Source: Amoeboradix gromovi X-113
Taxonomy: Eukaryota > Fungi > Sanchytriomycota
Length of the DNA: 13,987 nt
Reading direction: 5' to 3'
Assembly (NCBI GenBank): GCA_018985225.1
Contig: JADGIF010000219.1
Location: forward strand, 1 to 13,987
Under the pieces are notes generated by a model. It was not told the origin of the DNA. It saw only the letters and a list, made by a program, of their open reading frames with translations, and searched no databases. Positions 9,148 to 13,987 of the stretch are shown here, piece by piece; the first letter of the stretch is position 1; each line of letters begins with the position of its first letter. A program made the position numbers and the translations under genes.

Positions 9148-9390
9148 AAAACAGAGGGGACACATAACATAAAAACAAAGTATTGCAACAGCCATTGAAT
9201 TTTGTAGAACAAATGATTTATCAAGAGTTTGTATGCACTTTATATTATTACGTGAATTTTCCAATACTTTAAATACTCGATGTTCTTCCTTTTCACAAAT
9301 GATAAACGGAATCAGTGGGTCTCATCCTGAATATGTCAAATCTAAAGAAATAACTAACAGGTATAGCATACATCAGCGTTGAGAAAACGG

Positions 9391-9645
9391 TCTAAATACG
9401 GAACAGTTAGATTTCTTTCAATGCCTTGAAAAAGATCAGGGATAAGCAAACCTGTAAACCATTATTTAAACAATTCTTATGTCATTGGTCTTACCACATG
9501 TGCAACAATGCGACACCATAGTACTTATTATGCATGCACAAGGTGTTGCAATTTTAAGAAAACCAATTTGGAGAACTACATTTTTACCAATTGTAATTCG
9601 GAGATAGATAGAGACCATATGGCAGCAAGGAATATATACAAGTAT
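9391..9645 (+). pseudogene. TnpB/Fanzor2 C-terminal remnant
   Basis: STYYACTRCCNFKKTNLENYIFTNCNSEIDRDHMAARNIY is a decayed Zn ribbon plus the RuvC-III DRDxxAARNI motif. The 5' limit is approximate. Confidence 0.8.
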
Positions 9646-9772
9646 ACACAACCTAATTCAGTCCTGTCTCAGGGCAGTGAGAGCGCGGGTAATTACTGTA
9701 ACGAATTTACTAGCATTGTTAGTTTCTCTGTGGAAATTCTCGATTTTCTCGGATATCAGGACTTTTAACGAG
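9631..9772 (+). ncRNA. Putative omegaRNA scaffold/element right end (copy A)
   Basis: Lies directly 3' of the RuvC-III codons. It is conserved with copies at 5019 and 6232, and homology stops sharply after TTTTAACGAG. Confidence 0.65.
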
Positions 9773-9940
9773 TAAATCTCATAATATTAAGAGCAGAAAA
9801 TTTATTTAATACTATTTTTTGCAAATTAGGATGCTGCTGAGCTGTGTAATCAGCTTACCCTTGGTATCGCTAAAATGACGATCATTGTGAGACGCTCTAA
9901 TTTTCGGCAAACTTGTGGAGCAGTTTGGCCGAGAACATAT

Positions 9941-9965
9941 GAGGCCTGATCTGACAAAATGCGCC
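9941..9965 (+). repeat. Solo left TIR of the 4714/5915 family
   Basis: GAGGCCTGATCTGACAAAATGCGCC preceded by ATAT. No partner was found within the window. Confidence 0.55.
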
Positions 9966-10133
9966 GTTGAGCATTAATTGAAGATTTCCAAAAAGTAGAC
10001 ACTTCTTTAAGTAAATAGTATTTTTTTAGCACACACATTCAATGTTTTGTATACCATTCAACATAGGTATATTTCATTTTACTTTTCATTTACATATAAA
10101 AATGGTGTTAAAGCAATACATGTGTATCTGAAT

Positions 10134-10748
10134 ATGCGAAATGAAAAGAACTCCAAGTTTATCAGAGTTGCTACAATCAAGAAAGAATTCGATGTTTCCG
10201 ATACGCAGTTGCGAAAATGGGCAGAAGCTGGAAAGGTCGAGTACATCAAGACGCCAGGAGGTAATGGGCTGTACTCAAGCAAGGACATTAAACACTTGTT
10301 TGGGCACGTTGAAGAGGAAAAGAAATCATATGTGTACTGCCGAGTTAGCTCCCAACACCAGAAGGAAGATCTCGAACGTCAGGTACTATACATGCAAGAG
10401 CAATGCCCAGGTACGGAAATTATCAAGGACGTTGGATCTGGAGTCAATTTCAAGCGACATGGATTCGCAAGACTCCTCAAGCTTGTGCAGGAGAACGCAG
10501 TGGAGAAGATCACCATTGCGGACAAAGACAGACTCTGCCGCTTCGGATATGGATTATTTGAAGACGTCTGTAGATATCATGGAACGGAAATCGTGGTTCT
10601 CAATGAGATCGAAAATGACCCCGATAGAGAACTCGCTGACGACTTACTTACCATCTGTAATGTCTTTGTTGCAACCAAGAATGGACGAAGGGCTGCAAGG
10701 AACAAAAAAGAAAGAACAAAAGCGCTTCGGGAAAATTGTCAAGAGTAA
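10134..10748 (+). CDS. tnpA: IS607-type serine recombinase/transposase TnpA, 204 aa, apparently intact
   Basis: N-terminal MerR-like HTH (VSDTQLRKWAEAGKVEYIKTPGG), catalytic YCRVSS, KEDLERQ, DVGSGVNFKR, DKDRLCRFG and ELADDLLTICNVF...GRR. Confidence 0.95.
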   Translation: MRNEKNSKFIRVATIKKEFDVSDTQLRKWAEAGKVEYIKTPGGNGLYSSKDIKHLFGHVEEEKKSYVYCRVSSQHQKEDLERQVLYMQEQCPGTEIIKDVGSGVNFKRHGFARLLKLVQENAVEKITIADKDRLCRFGYGLFEDVCRYHGTEIVVLNEIENDPDRELADDLLTICNVFVATKNGRRAARNKKERTKALRENCQE

Positions 10749-11943
10749 AACCGGTACTGTCAAATGTTCGAAAAGTGTCCCGTTGTGTTTGGACGCAGAA
10801 CATAGAGCGCTTATGAGGTATTGGTTTGGTGCTTATAGATGGATATATAACAAATGCGTAGATTTCTCAAAAAGGTTTCCGCATCTCCGCAAAAACTTTC
10901 GTCTTGGGAAATTATTAGTGTACAATCACTCCATTTGGGCACAACATCATACATGGCTAAAGGATATTCCTGTAAGTAGTCATGAAGCTGCATACAGAGA
11001 TTTTCAAAAAGCACTTGAATCCAATTTTGCAAAGAAAGTATTCAATCCTTCACACAAGTTCTCATTCAGGTTCAAGTCGAGGAAAGCCAAGTCGCAAAGT
11101 ATACAGTTTCGAACTAGAGATATCATTGGGAGCGGGAAGAAAGGACGCCCTCCAAGACCCTTTCCGACGAAATGGGGAAAAAGTACATTGGTCTCAAAGG
11201 AACCTCTTGTATACCATGATGCGTCCACACGTATAGTGTACAAGTCGGGAATAAACAAATACTACTCTACGATAACGCGGGATGTACAGTGCGAAAACCA
11301 AGCACTTGCTCCAGCAAATATTGTAGCATTGGATCCAGGCGTATGTACTTTCCAAGCGTCATACGCCATAGATGGATCAGTCACAATGTATGGACATGAA
11401 TGTCGGAAAGTACTTAATGGTCTTCATTTACGTATAGATCATATCAATAGCGATATTGCAAATATAAAGAAACGTGGCAAGTATACATCGAAACAGAAAT
11501 CACAAAAGATCAAGAATAGAATGAAGAAGAAAGCGTGGCTGTACCAACGAATGGAAGATCTTACTACGACAATGCATTATGAGACCATAAAGTCTTTGCG
11601 CAAGTATCCAGTGATCTTACTTCCTTAATTCGCGACACAAGGAATGATGAAAGACTTACCAAGGAACCAAAAGAGAGAACTCCAGTCGCTTAGACACTAT
11701 ACGTTCAAGAAGAGATTATCACATAAATGCAAAATGTACAATCAGAAACTATTTATTGTTAACGAGGCATACTCAACCATCGAGTGTTTTATATGCAATC
11801 ACCAATCGAAAGAAAGCGTACATTCAAGACGATTCAAATGCATTAGTTGTGGTCATGAAGACCATAGAGATATCAATCCAGGCAAAAATATGCTTAAATG
11901 GTATCTACCCAAGCTGTCTACACTTAAGAAATGTATACTTTGA
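10141..11943 (+). pseudogene. tnpB: Fanzor2/TnpB RNA-guided nuclease, 600 aa, with one in-frame TAA at 11626-11628
   Basis: ORFs 10141-11628 and 11644-11943 are in the same frame. Motifs: WFGAYRWIYNKCV, FRFKSRK, RuvC-I ALDPG (D 11332), RuvC-II VNEAYST (E 11764), CFIC...CISC Zn finger, RuvC-III HRDIN (D 11869). Confidence 0.92.
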
Positions 11944-12394
11944 GTTATCTCAGATCTTTACATTAAACGCAGGCTACTACATGTTCAAATATAAAAATGG
12001 GATCAACAATAATCAACCAACCTTTATATCACAATTTGAAGTGGCTAAACATATTTATTTGAATTAAGATCTAACTGAATCGATTGCGGCAGTATTATCG
12101 ATACCATAACATTTTCTACAACAAATAGTTTATTTGGTTTATGGTTAAATTGGTGGTGTGACATTGAATAACATGTTGAAAAAATACGTCTAATTGGAAT
12201 GGATGGAATAGTGAAAATGACTGTTTTTGTTATTTAGTTTTTGGGGAAACACATCTCTGACTCTGTAATGGATTTTTTCTATCAAAGAAGAGATTTAACT
12301 TACCAAGAGACTCTACTAGGAAATGATCCGCATACTTGGTGGCCACTACGAGAAATCAAGGATCAAAGATTTTATGCTTACATGCAGTCAAATC

Positions 12395-13285
12395 CTAAGT
12401 ATAATTTGCCAATGTTAGTAGTTTACAGACACCAAGACGCGAAGTCGGATTTTTCAAACTCTGCCAAGCAGTTTCGCATTCTTGGAAAAAATCATTAAAC
12501 CTTTCAAACTGGTCGTCATTCCATTCTGGTTTTTGGAATAAGAGTCTATTAACTGTCGTTTTTGAAATCCAATCTTCATATTTGGGATCTTTTCCAGGCA
12601 TAAACTTGTTTGTGTTAGAATATTTGACACCTGCTACAATATTTAAATTAACAAGTTCATTGTACAGGTTGATACGCGTTTTGGATAAACATTCAACTAC
12701 TTTAGAGCGCTTGGGTAGACTGTTGTCAATATCGTACAATTCTCCAACTATTGTAAACACCGAGTATTCACTTGCGTCAATAAACGACACGTGGTCCCAG
12801 TGGATTCGCGCTTGAATCTGCTGATCGATGGGTACAAATATCTTTCTTTTGGTAAGAAATTTGGCGTATACTGAAATAGAACCAATATTTACGTCTATTG
12901 GAATATCGCATTGGTATTTATCGATTGCTAAATTCGATGATCTGTTCTTGACTATTTTCACAACTAGTCTCCATTTATCCGACTCCTCTTCCAATTTTAT
13001 CCAGATATTTCGAGAAACAAGTTCCTCCATAATATAATACTCTCGTTTGTAGATAACACCATTCCCAAGTTGTTTCCATTTCTCACGAATTGTATCAGTA
13101 GGGGCAATATGAGTAATTGTATCAGTACAAACTTCTACCTTTCCTTTAGAATTTTTTAAAAGCATAGCCAAATTGGTAATTTTTTTTTTCTTAAAAAAGT
13201 TGGTAACATCAACCTCGAAGTTGCTATTTGAAAATCTAACTCCTTCCAAGTCGAAAAAGCGAGATTCAACGGCAGTAGCTGACAT
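12395..13285 (-). CDS. Hypothetical 296-aa protein, possibly a divergent CYTH/thiamine-triphosphatase-like fold
   Basis: Intact ORF. Collinear resemblance to THTPA-type motifs: YY...LVSRNIWIKL..., YAKFLTKRKIF, IHWDHVSF, SKVVECL...LYNELV. No clear ExExK motif. Confidence 0.5.
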   Translation of the reverse strand: MSATAVESRFFDLEGVRFSNSNFEVDVTNFFKKKKITNLAMLLKNSKGKVEVCTDTITHIAPTDTIREKWKQLGNGVIYKREYYIMEELVSRNIWIKLEEESDKWRLVVKIVKNRSSNLAIDKYQCDIPIDVNIGSISVYAKFLTKRKIFVPIDQQIQARIHWDHVSFIDASEYSVFTIVGELYDIDNSLPKRSKVVECLSKTRINLYNELVNLNIVAGVKYSNTNKFMPGKDPKYEDWISKTTVNRLLFQKPEWNDDQFERFNDFFQECETAWQSLKNPTSRLGVCKLLTLANYT

Positions 13286-13558
13286 TTATTTTACGTTTGA
13301 AAAAAATTCCTCGAATTTAAAATAGACGATTAATTGGATGAGCCAATCAATGACATTTTTAAAATTTCATCACTTTTGAAGAACTCTATTCATTTTAAAA
13401 CTAACATCATTAATTGAAAAGTTTACAGGTTAGAGGTTAATTTTAACACGCATACACTGGTTTTTGAAAATTTTTAACACTAATTTGAAGTTAGACTCTG
13501 TGAAACAAATCAAAATGATAAACTAAACAATAAATTGCACTTTGAATCAATATTTATT

Positions 13559-13778
13559 TTAATCACCATAAAATGCATGGAATTCCTCCGGAATATATCT
13601 TAATGCACGACTGACTTCACGTTTCTTTCTTTCGGTCAATACCGTTGGAATTAATGCGTCTGGTACAAATAAATAGTCATTTTGACTCAAGTGATCTTCT
13701 ATTAATGTATTAAATTCCACAAATGTAGAGTCGCTTGTTAATTTCTTGCAAAATACAATTCCCGGACATTCAACACGT
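13559..13778 (-). pseudogene. C-terminal fragment of a probable DDE (Sola-like) transposase, interrupted by a MITE
   Basis: PGIVFCKK...DS...F and LTERKKREVSRALRYIPEEFHAFY resemble C-termini of Sola-related transposase-like proteins (recalled similarity). The first 13 aa of the track ORF are actually MITE TIR sequence. Confidence 0.45.
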
Positions 13779-13987
13779 GGGACATCAAATATAAAAACTG
13801 GACTTAGTTTCTGTAACAACGTGGAACATTATATCAGCTTTATTAATTTTATGGATTTAAGAGACGAGTGGACATTCAGCTAGTTGCGGAGTTGACGAGT
13901 ATAAAAGGAAAATAAATATTCTGTACAGCTATTCTCTTACTCTTTCATCCAATCTTTATTTCAAATAAACCTCTGATTCATAATACT
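13779..13987 (+). mobile_element. Second copy of the 5191-5746 MITE (left part, truncated by the window end)
   Basis: Begins GGGACATCAAATATAAAAACTGGAC and aligns to 5191-5428 except for a 31-bp gap and a small indel. Confidence 0.9.

Larger units (their letters stand above)
10094..12000 (+). mobile_element. IS607-family element (tnpA serine recombinase + Fanzor2/tnpB); boundaries tentative
   Basis: tnpA and tnpB-like genes lie in tandem with a higher GC content than the flanks. A 12-bp direct repeat ATATAAAAATGG occurs at 10094-10105 and 11989-12000. Confidence 0.85.

Noticed and set aside
9148-9264. N-terminal extension of NDUFS7 in the ORF track
   Set aside because: It begins at a non-ATG codon and has no homology. 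ATG 9147 gives a presequence-like start.
9773-9792. Guide sequences targeting sites inside this window
   Set aside because: By eye only short (9 nt or less) matches were found for the three flanks, which is not significant.
10047-10133. TnpA extension from TTG
   Set aside because: It is AT-rich sequence with a non-ATG start. ATG 10134 gives a typical TnpA length.
11626-11628. TAA read as Gln (alternative code), making the Fanzor2 intact
   Set aside because: Ku80 (622 aa) and the other long host ORFs contain no in-frame TAA/TAG despite many Gln codons, so the standard code applies.
11611-11641. Mini-intron GT...AG removing the Fanzor2 stop
   Set aside because: It is 31 nt (frameshifting) and would delete the conserved VILLPxF segment.

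Overview
AT-rich eukaryotic nuclear DNA using the standard genetic code. It is probably fungal/holomycotan, inferred from the NDUFS7 'RYDQDR' variant and the compact genes. Host genes: partial DNA ligase I (minus) head-to-head with Ku80, a putative secreted orphan protein, complex I subunit NDUFS7/PSST carrying a 19-nt intron, and a divergent CYTH-like ORF. Much of the rest is a nested cluster of elements carrying RNA-guided nucleases (TnpB/Fanzor). (i) An IS607-type cassette has an intact serine recombinase TnpA and a 600-aa Fanzor2/TnpB broken by a single TAA. The Fanzor ORF starts 7 nt after the TnpA ATG and is overprinted on almost the whole tnpA gene in the +1 frame. (ii) Three copies of a second family's 3' end (omegaRNA-like) all stop at GGACTTTTAAYGAG and are followed by unrelated flanks. 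(iii) A family of GRG-terminated TIR mini-transposons is present; two of them carry C-terminal remnants of a distinct Fanzor1-like nuclease, and three layers are nested at 4714-5915. All family assignments come from motif recognition by eye; no searches were run.
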